A DNA stretch of 64,000 nucleotides from contig OZ244799.1 in the NCBI GenBank assembly GCA_965219955.1, positions 3,648,001 to 3,712,000 on the forward strand, in the 5' to 3' direction. Origin of the DNA: a bacterium (GTDB taxonomy: Bacteria; UBA8248). Numbering within the stretch: position 1 is the first letter of the stretch; the number at the start of each line of letters is the position of its first letter. Made by a program: the position numbers and the translations under genes. Positions 1 to 10,403 of the stretch are shown here, one piece after another. The notes under the pieces are model-generated. The model was not told where the DNA came from and searched no databases. It saw only the letters and a list, made by a program, of their open reading frames with translations.

Positions 1-2
1 CG

Positions 3-1820
3 TTCAAGGGGGAGGAGCACAGCCGGCTCGCGGCATATCTGTGGCTCACCTCCGAGGGCACGTTCGGAACCATCTCGGCCATCATGAGCGAGTTCATCTT
101 CATCTTCATCCTGTTCTCCGCCCTTCTGGAAGCCACGGGCACCGGGCAGATACTCATCAACCTTGCCTTCGCGCTCACGGGCCGGTTCCGGGGCGGACCC
201 GCCCAGGCGGCGGTCGTCGCCAGTTCGATGTTCGGCATGGTCTCGGGCTCCACGATGGCCAACGTGGTGAGCACGGGCACGTTCACGATACCGCTCATGA
301 TCCGCACCGGGTTCTCCCGCCTGTTCGCGGGCGCGGTGGAGGCGGTGGCCTCGTGCGGCGGGCAAATCGTGCCGCCCATCATGGGCGCGAGCGTCTTCAT
401 CATGTCCGAGATCATCGAAGTCCCCTACGTCTACCTGATGCTCTACGGGCTGGTTCCCGCCTTTCTGTATTACTTCAGCCTCTCGACGTCGATATATTTC
501 GAAGCGCGCAGGCTCGGCCTGAAAAGGATGGACGCTTCGGAAATACCCGACGCCCGTGAGCAGGTGCAGCAGGGGGGCTACCTTCTGATCCCCGTGCTGA
601 TCCTGCTGGCCAGCATCGTGAGCGGCGAGACGCCGGGCCTGGCGGGATACAAGGCGGTGGTCTCGCTCCTGGTGATGGTGGACATGGTGCGCTCGCTGAG
701 ATTCATACGGGCGCGGTGGGGGAACCGGGGCGCCTGTCTGGCGGGCGCTCTGATCCTGGCGGCCATCTTCTTCGCTTTCGGACCGGTGAGCGCCTCCGGC
801 TTTATCTCGCAGAGCATCGCCCTGCCTGTTTTGGGAGAAGTCCAACTCCACAGGCTGGCGTTGGTGCTGCTCGGCGTCTGCTTCGCGCTGGTACCGGGGT
901 GGCGGGGGCTTCCCATCGTCTTTCCCGTCGCGTTGGGTCTGGCGCGCTGGAAGATACCCACCGAACTCGCGTGGGTCGGACAGATTCCCTACGTCGGGCT
1001 TTTGCTGCCAATCGCGCTGTGTTGCGTGGCGGTTTTTCTGATCGCGCTGCCCGTGTTCCGGGCGGGGGAGACGCCCGAGGCGAAAGCGAGCGCGCGTGAT
1101 CTGGGCGGCGCCGTTTTGAGGAGCCTGGAGGCGGGCGCGAAAAATTCTTTGGGGCTGGTCGCCGCCACGTCGGCCATCGGCCTCATCGTCGGCCTGTTGG
1201 TGCTCGCAGCGGTCGGCGTGCGCATATCGATCCTGGTGACGGAGATGGCGGCGACGTCCTTGTTCCTGGCGTTTTTCCTGGTGATGATCGCCTCGCTCGT
1301 CATGGGCATGGGGCTTCCGACCATCGCCGCCTATCTGCTTCTGGTCATCGTGGTGGCGCCCTCGGTCACGAGTCTGGGCGCGCCGCTGGTGGCCGCGCAC
1401 TTCTTCATCTTCTACTTCGGGGTCATCAGCTCCATCACGCCGCCGGTGGCGCTCGCCGCCTACGGCGCGTCGGGCATATCGGGCGCGAACCCGATGCAGA
1501 CGGGCTTCACCGCCTGCAGGCTGGCGGTCACCGCCTTCATCGTGCCCTACCTGTTCGTCTACTACCCCGAACTCCTTTTGCTCGAGGGGACGTTCTGGAC
1601 GGTGGCCTACCGCCTGGCCGTCAGTTGCGCAGGCATCGCGCTTCTCTCGATGGCGACGATGGGATTCGGCAGGGCGCCCATGACCAACGCGCTGCGGACC
1701 GTGATGACGGGCGCGTCGCTCCTCCTGTTCCTGGGGCCCGCGTGGCTGCACGTTCTGGGACTGGCCGCGGGAGGCGCGGTCCTGTTCCGGCAAAAGGCGG
1801 ATGGAGAGGGCGTTACCTGA
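3..1820 (+). CDS. TRAP transporter fused 4TM/12TM permease (5'-truncated by window)
   Basis: Frame open from base 3; motifs GGPAQAAVVASS, GSTMANVVSTGTFTIP, GGQIVPPIMG, GMGLPT, ITPPVALA. Confidence 0.9.
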   Translation, partial: FKGEEHSRLAAYLWLTSEGTFGTISAIMSEFIFIFILFSALLEATGTGQILINLAFALTGRFRGGPAQAAVVASSMFGMVSGSTMANVVSTGTFTIPLMIRTGFSRLFAGAVEAVASCGGQIVPPIMGASVFIMSEIIEVPYVYLMLYGLVPAFLYYFSLSTSIYFEARRLGLKRMDASEIPDAREQVQQGGYLLIPVLILLASIVSGETPGLAGYKAVVSLLVMVDMVRSLRFIRARWGNRGACLAGALILAAIFFAFGPVSASGFISQSIALPVLGEVQLHRLALVLLGVCFALVPGWRGLPIVFPVALGLARWKIPTELAWVGQIPYVGLLLPIALCCVAVFLIALPVFRAGETPEAKASARDLGGAVLRSLEAGAKNSLGLVAATSAIGLIVGLLVLAAVGVRISILVTEMAATSLFLAFFLVMIASLVMGMGLPTIAAYLLLVIVVAPSVTSLGAPLVAAHFFIFYFGVISSITPPVALAAYGASGISGANPMQTGFTACRLAVTAFIVPYLFVYYPELLLLEGTFWTVAYRLAVSCAGIALLSMATMGFGRAPMTNALRTVMTGASLLLFLGPAWLHVLGLAAGGAVLFRQKADGEGVT

Positions 1821-3429
1821 CGGTCTCTTTTTTCGCTTCCTCGACTTCCTGCGGGAAGAGCGCCGCGTGGGTTTCCTCGAAAAGATGTTTCCCGACGGCG
1901 AGTTGCATGGTGGCGGGCATGACCTTTTTGGCGAGTTTGATCATCTGCGTGGATTTGTCGCGGATGTCCCACTGGGCGTGAGGGTCTTCCCTGAGCCTCG
2001 ATACGTGGTAGAGCTCGCGCGCGTTCGAGGAGAACAGCACGCGGCGTTTGTGCGCGTTTGTGAGCACGTAGGGCGCGGCGGTCGGGGTTTGCGCGGCGAT
2101 CTTCTCGTACGCGGCGTTGGTTTCATCCACGGCGGCCTGAAACTCGAGTTCTGCGCCCGCTTCTGTGATTGACGAGGGCACCGTCACGCCCAGAGAGATG
2201 TCGTAGGGCTGGGTGTTCAGGGTGGACATGCGGTGGCGCTTGAGCTGCCCGAAACAGGCGGCGGAGAGCGTCACCTCGAACACGCAGCGCACGTTCTCGA
2301 ATTCGCGGAGCACGGCGTCGTGACCGCGCATGAGCCGGAAGGTGGAGGCGATGAAGCGCGCGCGCTCCTCCGCGCTCATCTCCCGGGCCGCCGCCTTGCA
2401 CCGCGACATCGTTTTCCCTGAGGATGAATGGAGGAGCGCCGCGGCGATGAGCGCGTCCGCGTCCGGGGTGACGTCGATGAGGGAGACGTCCTTCTCCGCG
2501 GCGATGGGCGGAACCGGCTCGGTCTCCTCGTCCACTCGCCCCAGGATGTCGGAGGCCGCCTCGCGCAGCGCCGCGCGGGTATGCATGTTGTATTCGGTGG
2601 GGTCGGTGTATTTCACGAGCGAGGGCGCGACGCCCTCGACGCATTCATACAGACGGCGCGCGTATTCCCTGATTTCCGCGAGAGGGTGCGAGGCGCAGCG
2701 GCAGATGACGTGCTCGAGGCTCCTCGCGCTGAGCGTCATGCCGATTTGCGATTCGGTGGCGAAAGAGACGATGTAGCGCGCGTCCTCCTTGGCCCAGCCC
2801 TCCAGCGTCTTGTGGTTTCTCTTCTTCGCGGCGAGTTCGGGGTTCTGGTCGAACACCCAGGGCCTCAGTTTTTCATACAGCGCGTGATAACAGGCGTTCT
2901 GGGCCTTTATCGTCCGCACGAACAGGCCCTTCATGCCCGCTGTTTCGATTTCCTCAGGAATCACGAAATCGTCTTCCAGCAGGATGTAGCGCTGGCTCTT
3001 CTCCGTGTAGGCGAGGAGCCTGAACTTCTGGATCTCCTCCACCGCGTAGCGGCTCACGCCGATGACGTCGATGTTGAAGCTCGCGTGCTCGGCCACGGAA
3101 CTGTGGCCATAGCCGAAGATGATGGTCTGGTTGCTCTTTCTCGCCTTTTCCACCTCTTCGCGCGCGATGGCGCGGAGTTCGTCGATGGGCCGCGGATCCC
3201 GGCTGATGCGCGCGTAGGACGCGCTGATGGGCTCGGGCGTCAGGTTGTCGCGTTCCAGGAAATCGGCGGCCCTGCGCTGGAGTTCCGCCGTCTGCGCGCG
3301 CAGTTCGGCCTCGCTCATGGCGTCGAGGCGGCTTTCCTCCCAGCCGCGGGCGGCGGGCTCGATGATCTCTTTTTTCATCTGGCGGAGAACGTCGACGTCG
3401 ACGTTGTGACCGGCGAGAACGATGCGCAT
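1813..3429 (-). CDS. thyX: FAD-dependent thymidylate synthase, tandem double-domain form
   Basis: GHSSVAEH, TEKSQRY, EDARY in domain 1; QLKRHR and HAQWDIR in domain 2; 538 aa. Confidence 0.85.
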   Translation of the reverse strand: MRIVLAGHNVDVDVLRQMKKEIIEPAARGWEESRLDAMSEAELRAQTAELQRRAADFLERDNLTPEPISASYARISRDPRPIDELRAIAREEVEKARKSNQTIIFGYGHSSVAEHASFNIDVIGVSRYAVEEIQKFRLLAYTEKSQRYILLEDDFVIPEEIETAGMKGLFVRTIKAQNACYHALYEKLRPWVFDQNPELAAKKRNHKTLEGWAKEDARYIVSFATESQIGMTLSARSLEHVICRCASHPLAEIREYARRLYECVEGVAPSLVKYTDPTEYNMHTRAALREAASDILGRVDEETEPVPPIAAEKDVSLIDVTPDADALIAAALLHSSSGKTMSRCKAAAREMSAEERARFIASTFRLMRGHDAVLREFENVRCVFEVTLSAACFGQLKRHRMSTLNTQPYDISLGVTVPSSITEAGAELEFQAAVDETNAAYEKIAAQTPTAAPYVLTNAHKRRVLFSSNARELYHVSRLREDPHAQWDIRDKSTQMIKLAKKVMPATMQLAVGKHLFEETHAALFPQEVEEAKKETVR

Positions 3430-3674
3430 GTGAAAGGCCGTTTCCCGAGCGGCGGGCGTTGCTTCCGGTTCATTGAATTTCTGGAAGCGCCATTATGAAC
3501 CTTGAGCCCCGAAAGAACAAGCGGCGAATTTCAGAGGGGCGACCACGCGGTGTTTGCTCGTGGGGCTTCACTCCTTAGTTGCGATTTTTCAAGGGTTTTG
3601 GGATGATATTTTTCTTTGCTGCCGCTGAAGAGCCGACGCGCAATGCGTGGCCCTTTTGAGAAAAGAGGAGATTC

Positions 3675-5009
3675 GTGAACTCTCTCATCGCCCGAGCCAT
3701 TTCCGTTCTCATCATTCTTGCATCTTTCGGCTTGAACATCGCGGCCTCCGAAGCCGGGCGTCCGCGCAAGCGGCCCCCGCCGCTGGTGTCCGTGGCGAAG
3801 GTGGTGGAGCGCCAGGTGAGAAACCGCCTCACCGCCGTGGGCAGCGTGGCGCCCTACCGCCGCTCGGTCGTAAGCAGCGAACTCGAAGGCCGGGTGCAGT
3901 CGGCCCCGATCAAAGTGGGCGATTTCGTCCGCGCGAACGAGACGGTGCTCGCCACGGTGGGGCGATCGGGTCTCCAGATTGATCTGCGCATCCTGCGGGC
4001 GGAACTGGAGAAGGCGCGCCAGGACCTTCTGCGCCTGGAGCGCGGAAAGCGTCCCGAGGAGATCGCGGCGCTCCAGGCCAAGGTTCGCGAGCGCGAAGCG
4101 CAGATGAGGAACAACGAACTCGAACTCAACCGCGCGCGGGATCTGTATGAGAAGAAAATTCTGGACAAGGCCAGCTTCGATCGCGCCGAGGCCGTCTACG
4201 AGGCCAGTTGGCAGTTGTTCGAGGAGGCCTCCCGCAACCTGGAGATAGCCAGACTCGGCCCCCGGAGGGAGGAGAAGGCCCGCGCCAAGGCGGAGGTGGA
4301 CAGGGTGCGGGCGCGCGTCGCCCGGGTGCGCGACGATCTCGCCAAGACGAAAATTCGCTCCCCGCTCACGGGTTTCATCACCCAGGAGTGGGTGGAGGTC
4401 GGCCAGTGGCTCACCAAGGGGGGCCGCGTGGCCGAAGTCATCGAACTCGACAAGGTGCTGGTGCAGGCCCCGATTGCGGAGCGGCGCATATCCCTGGTTC
4501 GGGTGGGCGATGAGGCGCGCGTCGTCATCGACGCCCTGGGGGGCCGGACGTTCAGGGGCCGGGTGCGCGGCGTCATCCCCAAGGCGGACCCCAAGAGCCG
4601 GACCTTCCCGGTGGAAGTGGAGATAGCGAACACCGAGTCCTACGACCTCAAGGCCGGCATGTTCGCCCGCCTGAGCCTCGAATACGGAAAGGCGGCCAAG
4701 GTGCTGTTGGTGCCCAAGGACGCCATGATCCTGAGAGCGCGTGGCGCATCGGTCTTCGTCTTCGAGAAAGGGCGCGTTCGCGAGGTTTCCTTCACACAGG
4801 GCAGAAGCGTGGATTCCTTCGTGGAGGTCACCGGCGGCGCGCTCGGGGCCGGTATGCAGGTGGTGGTGAAAGGGAACGAAAACCTGAGAGCCGGCATGCC
4901 CGTTCGCCTGCAGGGCCGGGGCGGCCGGCCCGGCGCGCGAGGACCCGGAGGCGCTCCCCGCAGAGGCGGGAAACCCACCGCCGCTTCCCGGCGCGGCGCC
5001 GGGGGGTGA
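3675..5009 (+). CDS. RND efflux periplasmic adaptor (membrane fusion protein)
   Basis: N-terminal signal/anchor, long helical hairpin, IRSPLTG lipoyl motif, DPKSRTFPV, LKAGMFA. Confidence 0.9.
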   Translation: MNSLIARAISVLIILASFGLNIAASEAGRPRKRPPPLVSVAKVVERQVRNRLTAVGSVAPYRRSVVSSELEGRVQSAPIKVGDFVRANETVLATVGRSGLQIDLRILRAELEKARQDLLRLERGKRPEEIAALQAKVREREAQMRNNELELNRARDLYEKKILDKASFDRAEAVYEASWQLFEEASRNLEIARLGPRREEKARAKAEVDRVRARVARVRDDLAKTKIRSPLTGFITQEWVEVGQWLTKGGRVAEVIELDKVLVQAPIAERRISLVRVGDEARVVIDALGGRTFRGRVRGVIPKADPKSRTFPVEVEIANTESYDLKAGMFARLSLEYGKAAKVLLVPKDAMILRARGASVFVFEKGRVREVSFTQGRSVDSFVEVTGGALGAGMQVVVKGNENLRAGMPVRLQGRGGRPGARGPGGAPRRGGKPTAASRRGAGG

Positions 5010-5087
5010 AGCGCTCGCGTCTAACGCGGGTTCGCTATCCGGTGGCGCGTGAATCTCCGACCTTGTGATGGGTCCTCGGCGGTCCGA

Positions 5088-5705
5088 TCACGAGGTGGCT
5101 TCAATCAGGGCATCGTGGAATTTAGCGAAGCTATGCGATTTGTTTCGAGCGGGTTCCATGTGTTCGGCAATGGCTTGAGCCGCTTCGATTTTTCGTAACC
5201 CGGTTCTGAAGTACCCACCGTTATTCAAAATTCGTTCGAAGGCCTCCCAAGTACCACCGGAGATAGCGTCGGGATCGCGATATTTCGCCTGTTGCGGAAT
5301 GGTTTTTGATATTCCTGGATAAGCGCGACGGACGGCTTCCCAATCGCCGAAGTACCACGCTTCGAGTTCCTCGATGACGATGCGGTTGACCACTTGCCAG
5401 GTAAAACCGTCGGTTTGCGAGCGCGTGCTGAGGCCCGATGAATTCGCTATATCTTCGAGCTTTTGCTTGAGATCATGACAATCTTCATCGTCGCGGTCGA
5501 CCATAACGACTATTCGCCCGTTGGACGGCAACCAATGTCGATATCCACGAAGGCGGGCTTCCAGCTTTTTAAGTAAGTCGGATTTGCCTTGGAACACATG
5601 AATCTCAAATGTGTGTTCGTTTGAAAACAACTGTGGGAGCAGAATACGAAGAAACGCCTCTATAGATGGTTCTTCAACCAAAAACTCGATATGTTGCGCC
5701 GTCAT
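5088..5705 (-). CDS. DUF4276-family (TOPRIM-like) protein
   Basis: FLVEEPS, VDRDDED, IEELEAWYFGD, NKSHSF motifs; 8 nt downstream of the ATPase gene. Confidence 0.8.
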   Translation of the reverse strand: MTAQHIEFLVEEPSIEAFLRILLPQLFSNEHTFEIHVFQGKSDLLKKLEARLRGYRHWLPSNGRIVVMVDRDDEDCHDLKQKLEDIANSSGLSTRSQTDGFTWQVVNRIVIEELEAWYFGDWEAVRRAYPGISKTIPQQAKYRDPDAISGGTWEAFERILNNGGYFRTGLRKIEAAQAIAEHMEPARNKSHSFAKFHDALIEATS

Positions 5706-5713
5706 TTGATGTA

Positions 5714-6946
5714 CTAAGTGAGCTTGCTGAGATTGGCGTCATGTTGCTTCAGTGGGTCTCCCACTCCGAAATACCCCTCCATCCACAAGTCCCCGAGCAG
5801 AGCGCCTTCTTTCATAAACTCTGGGACACCGCTCAGCTCGTCGGCGCGTCGCGTTTGGGTGTAGCCTTTTTCATCGCGCCACAGAACGCGCACTTCTTCG
5901 GCGCGCAGCGCGTCGAGAAAGAACGGCGAGTGCGTGGTAACCAGCAATTGCGCGTGCTCACAGGCCGCCCGGCATTCCTCGGCCAGTCCGGGAAGCAACC
6001 TTGGATGAAGAAAGTTCTCCGGTTCCTCGATGCCGATGAATGGCGGCGGTGTTGGATCGTATAGCAACACGAGATAGGCCAGCATCTTCAACGTGCCGTC
6101 GGAGGCGAAGCGAGCCAGCAGGGGTTGTTCGAACGGGGCGTCCTTGATTTGCAGCAGTAGTCGCCCGTCGGGCATGGGGTCGGCCAGGACTTTTTCGATG
6201 CGCGGCACGCGCTTGCGCAGCGCGTCGAAGATGCGGTCGAGTCGATCCCCGTGTTGCTCGCTCAAATACTGGATGACGTTGGCGAGATTATCGCCGGTCT
6301 TGCTCAACCGTTCCTGCGGTCCCGCTTCGGGCTGGCCGCGCGCGCTGTCGGCGGAGAGGTAGGATACGTACCAGCCCATGATGAAGTCGCGCAAAGCCGC
6401 CACGCGCGGATGATCCTGAAATTGTCCGAGCGCATTGACCGCCAATAGATCGGGAGAATTCAAGGGGATATCTTCTTTTTGGCCTTTGCTGTCAGGCATT
6501 GCGCCGCTGATTGCCTGACCTTGTCCCGCACGATATTCGAGAAAGCGAAACGGCGCCCCGTAACTGCCTCGCTTCCATCTAAGCCATTCATAGACGACTA
6601 CTGGTACGCCACCACGCTCATCGACAGATAAATGGTAGGTGATAAGCGGTTCCCGTGGTTTTTCACGATACTTGATTTCAATTGTCAAAGGTTCTTTTGC
6701 ACCACGAGTTTTTAGTTCCTTGGCCCGCCCCCGTCTGTCCCAGGCGCGCCGCAGGCCCGACTCGAAACACTCCGCGAGGAACGCGAACACGTCGAATACC
6801 GTGGACTTTCCGCTGCCGTTGGGACCCAGCAACGCTGTCATGGGTGTCAGTTTCTTGAACTCTACGTCGCGTAAAGCGCGGAAGTTCTGTACTTTCAGAT
6901 ATTCGATTCTCGGCGTCGCGGTCGTTTGTGAAGCGCTTCGATTCAT
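5714..6946 (-). CDS. AAA_21/ABC-type ATPase (COG4637-like)
   Basis: Walker A GPNGSGKS, signature SDGT, Walker [16 protein letters not shown]. Confidence 0.9.
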   Translation of the reverse strand: MNRSASQTTATPRIEYLKVQNFRALRDVEFKKLTPMTALLGPNGSGKSTVFDVFAFLAECFESGLRRAWDRRGRAKELKTRGAKEPLTIEIKYREKPREPLITYHLSVDERGGVPVVVYEWLRWKRGSYGAPFRFLEYRAGQGQAISGAMPDSKGQKEDIPLNSPDLLAVNALGQFQDHPRVAALRDFIMGWYVSYLSADSARGQPEAGPQERLSKTGDNLANVIQYLSEQHGDRLDRIFDALRKRVPRIEKVLADPMPDGRLLLQIKDAPFEQPLLARFASDGTLKMLAYLVLLYDPTPPPFIGIEEPENFLHPRLLPGLAEECRAACEHAQLLVTTHSPFFLDALRAEEVRVLWRDEKGYTQTRRADELSGVPEFMKEGALLGDLWMEGYFGVGDPLKQHDANLSKLT

Positions 6947-7204
6947 CTCATCGTATCCACTGAATTCTCGCTATCCGAAAACGATGCTACAGCGCATCGC
7001 CCCGAGTCGTTTGGCGAGTTTTTCCGTACGGCGATTATGGCACGACGGACGGGATAATCAACCATCTTTCCGAGAGATAGCCCTTGTCACGTGGATGGGA
7101 TATGCTATCTTTTTCAGTTTTAGACCGGACATATAAGATAAGATAGATGAACACAGTTGCCTATATGAGCGAGTGAAAGAAAGGCCGCCGATGAAGGAGA
7201 GGGG

Positions 7205-10200
7205 ATGAATCTGCCCCGCGCGAGCGTCAAATACCCCGTCACGACCACCGTCGGCGTCATCCTGGCGGTGCTCTTCGGCGCCATCAGCCTCTACCGGATT
7301 CCGGTGCAGATGACGCCCACGGTCGACAGGCCCGTCATCACGGTGGAAACCGAATACAGCGGCGCCGCGCCGCTGGAGGTGGAAGAGGAGGTGACGAAGC
7401 CCAAAGAGGAGAAACTCACCTCGGTGGAGGGCCTCGACCGGATGACCTCGCGCAGCGAGGAGGGCAAGTCCCGCGTCTTTCTCGAATTCGACTGGGACGT
7501 GGACAAGGACGTGGCCCGGCTCGACGTCTCGGAGAAACTCGGTCTCGTGCGCGACCTGCCGGATGATTCGGACCGCTCCACCGTCAACGCGCTCAACTCG
7601 GATTCTGAAAGCCCCATCGCCTGGATAATCGTCGAAACCAAACTTCCCATCAACGATGTTCGTGTGGAGGGAGACGCCGTCATCCGGCCGAAGCTCGAGC
7701 GCGTGGAGGGCGTGGGCCAGGTCTGGATGTTCGGTGGGCGGGACAGGGAGGTGCGCGTTACGCTCGATTACACGGCCATGAGCGCGCGCGGCATCACGGT
7801 CTCCGCCTTGAGAGAGGCATTGCGGCGCGAGAACAAGAACACCAAGGCGGGCAGGATCGACGAGGGCAAGCGCCGCTACGCGGTGCGAACGGTGGGCAAC
7901 TTCACGCGCCTCGACCAGTTGCGCAACACCATCATTGCGCAAAACGGGAGCGGGGCCGTCTATCTGCGCGACGTGGCGAAGGTTTCCTTCGACTACGGCG
8001 ATCCCACCCGCTACATTCGCATCCGGCGCGTGCCCACTATGGCTTTCGGGGTTTTGCGAAAGACGGGCGCCAACACCATCGAGGTGATGGCGGGGGTCAA
8101 AAAGGCGATCGCCGAAGTCAACGAAACCTACGCAGGCCGCGGCATCAAACTCATACAGGTCTATGACGAGACTGACTACATCCACCAGTCACGCTCCCTG
8201 GTGATCAACAACATCTTCATAGGCGGCGCGCTGGCGATAGGCGTGTTGCTCCTGTTTTTGGGGAGTCTTTCGAGCGTCATGGTTATCGGCGTCGCCATCC
8301 CGGTCACCGTCGTCTCCACGTTCATCCTGATCTTCGTGCTGGATCGTTCCATCAACATCATTTCGCTTGCGGGCATGGCGTTCGCCGTCGGCATGGTGGT
8401 GGACAACTCCGTCGTCGTGCTGGAGAACATCTTCCGACACCGCGAGATGGGAAAGAGCAAGTGGGACGCCGCCGTGGACGGCGCGCAGGAGGTCTGGGGG
8501 GCGGTGCTGGCCTCCACGCTGACCACGCTGGCCGTCTTCGTTCCCGTGGTGTTCGTCCAGGACGAATCGGGCCAGCTCTTCCGCGACATCGCCATTGCCA
8601 TCAGCGTGGCGGTGGCGCTCTCCCTCGTGGTGTCGATCTCCGTCGTGCCCATGCTGAGTTCGCGCATCCTGAGCGATGCGGGGAAGATCTCTCCGCTGAC
8701 CCACTTTTTCCGCATCCTGGGGGTATACGCGCTGGGCAGGTTTTGCCGGCGGATTTACGTGGGCGTCCTGGCCTGGTTGCTGCGTGGGGTGGTGCGCCGC
8801 CTGTTCGTGGCCACGGGGATCACGGCGGGCGCCGTCGCCCTGGCGGTGATGTTCTTCCCGCCCATCGACTACCTGCCCAAGGGCAACCGCAACCTCATAT
8901 TCGCTTTCATGCGCACGCCGCCGGGTCTGAACCTCGACGAGATGGACAGGATCGTGCGAATTCTGGAGACGCGGCTCGACCGCGTGGAGGAAATCGACCG
9001 GTTTTTCGCCGTGGCGCGCGCGCAGAACCCCATCGTCGGCATGATCGCCAAGAAGGAATACTCCGATCTCGCTTCCATGCGGCGGCTCGTGCGCAAGTTG
9101 TTCGGAATGATGCAGGGCATACCGGGGGTGCGCGCGTTCGTCACCCAGGCGTCGTTGTTCAGGCGGCGGGGCTCGGGCTTCATCGGCGGGATCAACCTGC
9201 AGGTCGACATCACCGGAGACAGCCTGAGCGAGATTCAGCGTATCGCCGCTGACGTGGGCGCCAGGGCGCGCGGTCTCGACGGCGTGCGTTTCGTGAACTC
9301 AAGCTTCGATCTGGGAAATCCCGAGCTTCAGGTGCACGTGGACCGCCAGAAGGCGGCGGATTTCGGCCTGTCGGTGGCCGAGATCGGGAGCGTTGTGGAG
9401 ACGCTCGTGAACGGAACCAAGGCCGGCCTTTTCCGTGATCGCGGAGAGGAACTCGACATCATCCTGCGCGGGCCGCTTTCCGATTTCACCAGGACGCAGC
9501 GGATCGAGGAGATCAAGCTGCACACGCCGGAGGGTCAAGTCGTCTCGCTGGCGGACATCGCGCAGGTGCGCTCGGCGCTCGGGCCGACGAAAGTCGAGCA
9601 CATCGACCGCGACCGCTCCGTGTCGCTCACGGTCAACATCGGCGAGGAACTCCCGCTCCAGGACGCCATCGACAAGATGAAGCGGGAGGTCATCAACCCG
9701 ATGCGCCAGACGCTTCCGCTCGGCTATTCGGTGGACGTGAGCGGACGGGCGAAGGACCTGGAGCGAACCTGGGGGTCGCTCCAGTGGTCGCTGGTGCTCG
9801 CCGTCCTGATCACCTATCTGCTGATGGCGGCCCTGTTCGAGGCGTGGAGCTATCCGCTCATCATCATGTTCAGCGTGCCGTTCGCCGCCACGGGCGGCGT
9901 GCTGATGGTGAGCCTGATGAACTCGATAGAACCGTCGGTGAAGATGGACACGCTCACCATGCTGGGCTTCATCATCCTGACGGGCATCGTGGTGAACAAC
10001 GCGATCCTGCTCGTCCACCAGGCGCTGAACCATTTCCGCGCGGGCCTGCCCATGCGCGAGGCGATTCTCGAGAGCGCGCGCGACAGGATGCGCCCCATCT
10101 TCATGACGACCACGACGACCGTTCTCGGCATGCTGCCGCTGGTGCTCGCCTCCGGCGCGGGCAGCGAACTCTACCGGGGGCTGGGCTCGGCCGTCCTGGG

Positions 10201-10402
10201 CGGACTCGCCATGTCCACGCTCTTCACCCTGCTGCTGATACCGGTCGTCTTCTCGTTGTGGGTGGATTTCCTGGCGCTCATCCGGCCGGCCAGCTTCGCC
10301 GCTGCGGCCGCCGCGCCGAGCGGCGCAAGCGGCCCACCTTCTGAGCGCGTAAGGCCGAGGAAAGCGATCAACCTCATCGAACAAGAGGAAGAGGAAGCCT
10401 GA
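7205..10402 (+). CDS. RND efflux permease, AcrB/AcrD/AcrF family
   Basis: 1065 aa; GMVVDNSVVVLEN, GIVVNNAILL, RMRPIFMTT; RBS GAAGGAG. Confidence 0.95.
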   Translation: MNLPRASVKYPVTTTVGVILAVLFGAISLYRIPVQMTPTVDRPVITVETEYSGAAPLEVEEEVTKPKEEKLTSVEGLDRMTSRSEEGKSRVFLEFDWDVDKDVARLDVSEKLGLVRDLPDDSDRSTVNALNSDSESPIAWIIVETKLPINDVRVEGDAVIRPKLERVEGVGQVWMFGGRDREVRVTLDYTAMSARGITVSALREALRRENKNTKAGRIDEGKRRYAVRTVGNFTRLDQLRNTIIAQNGSGAVYLRDVAKVSFDYGDPTRYIRIRRVPTMAFGVLRKTGANTIEVMAGVKKAIAEVNETYAGRGIKLIQVYDETDYIHQSRSLVINNIFIGGALAIGVLLLFLGSLSSVMVIGVAIPVTVVSTFILIFVLDRSINIISLAGMAFAVGMVVDNSVVVLENIFRHREMGKSKWDAAVDGAQEVWGAVLASTLTTLAVFVPVVFVQDESGQLFRDIAIAISVAVALSLVVSISVVPMLSSRILSDAGKISPLTHFFRILGVYALGRFCRRIYVGVLAWLLRGVVRRLFVATGITAGAVALAVMFFPPIDYLPKGNRNLIFAFMRTPPGLNLDEMDRIVRILETRLDRVEEIDRFFAVARAQNPIVGMIAKKEYSDLASMRRLVRKLFGMMQGIPGVRAFVTQASLFRRRGSGFIGGINLQVDITGDSLSEIQRIAADVGARARGLDGVRFVNSSFDLGNPELQVHVDRQKAADFGLSVAEIGSVVETLVNGTKAGLFRDRGEELDIILRGPLSDFTRTQRIEEIKLHTPEGQVVSLADIAQVRSALGPTKVEHIDRDRSVSLTVNIGEELPLQDAIDKMKREVINPMRQTLPLGYSVDVSGRAKDLERTWGSLQWSLVLAVLITYLLMAALFEAWSYPLIIMFSVPFAATGGVLMVSLMNSIEPSVKMDTLTMLGFIILTGIVVNNAILLVHQALNHFRAGLPMREAILESARDRMRPIFMTTTTTVLGMLPLVLASGAGSELYRGLGSAVLGGLAMSTLFTLLLIPVVFSLWVDFLALIRPASFAAAAAAPSGASGPPSERVRPRKAINLIEQEEEEA

Positions 10403-10403
10403 G

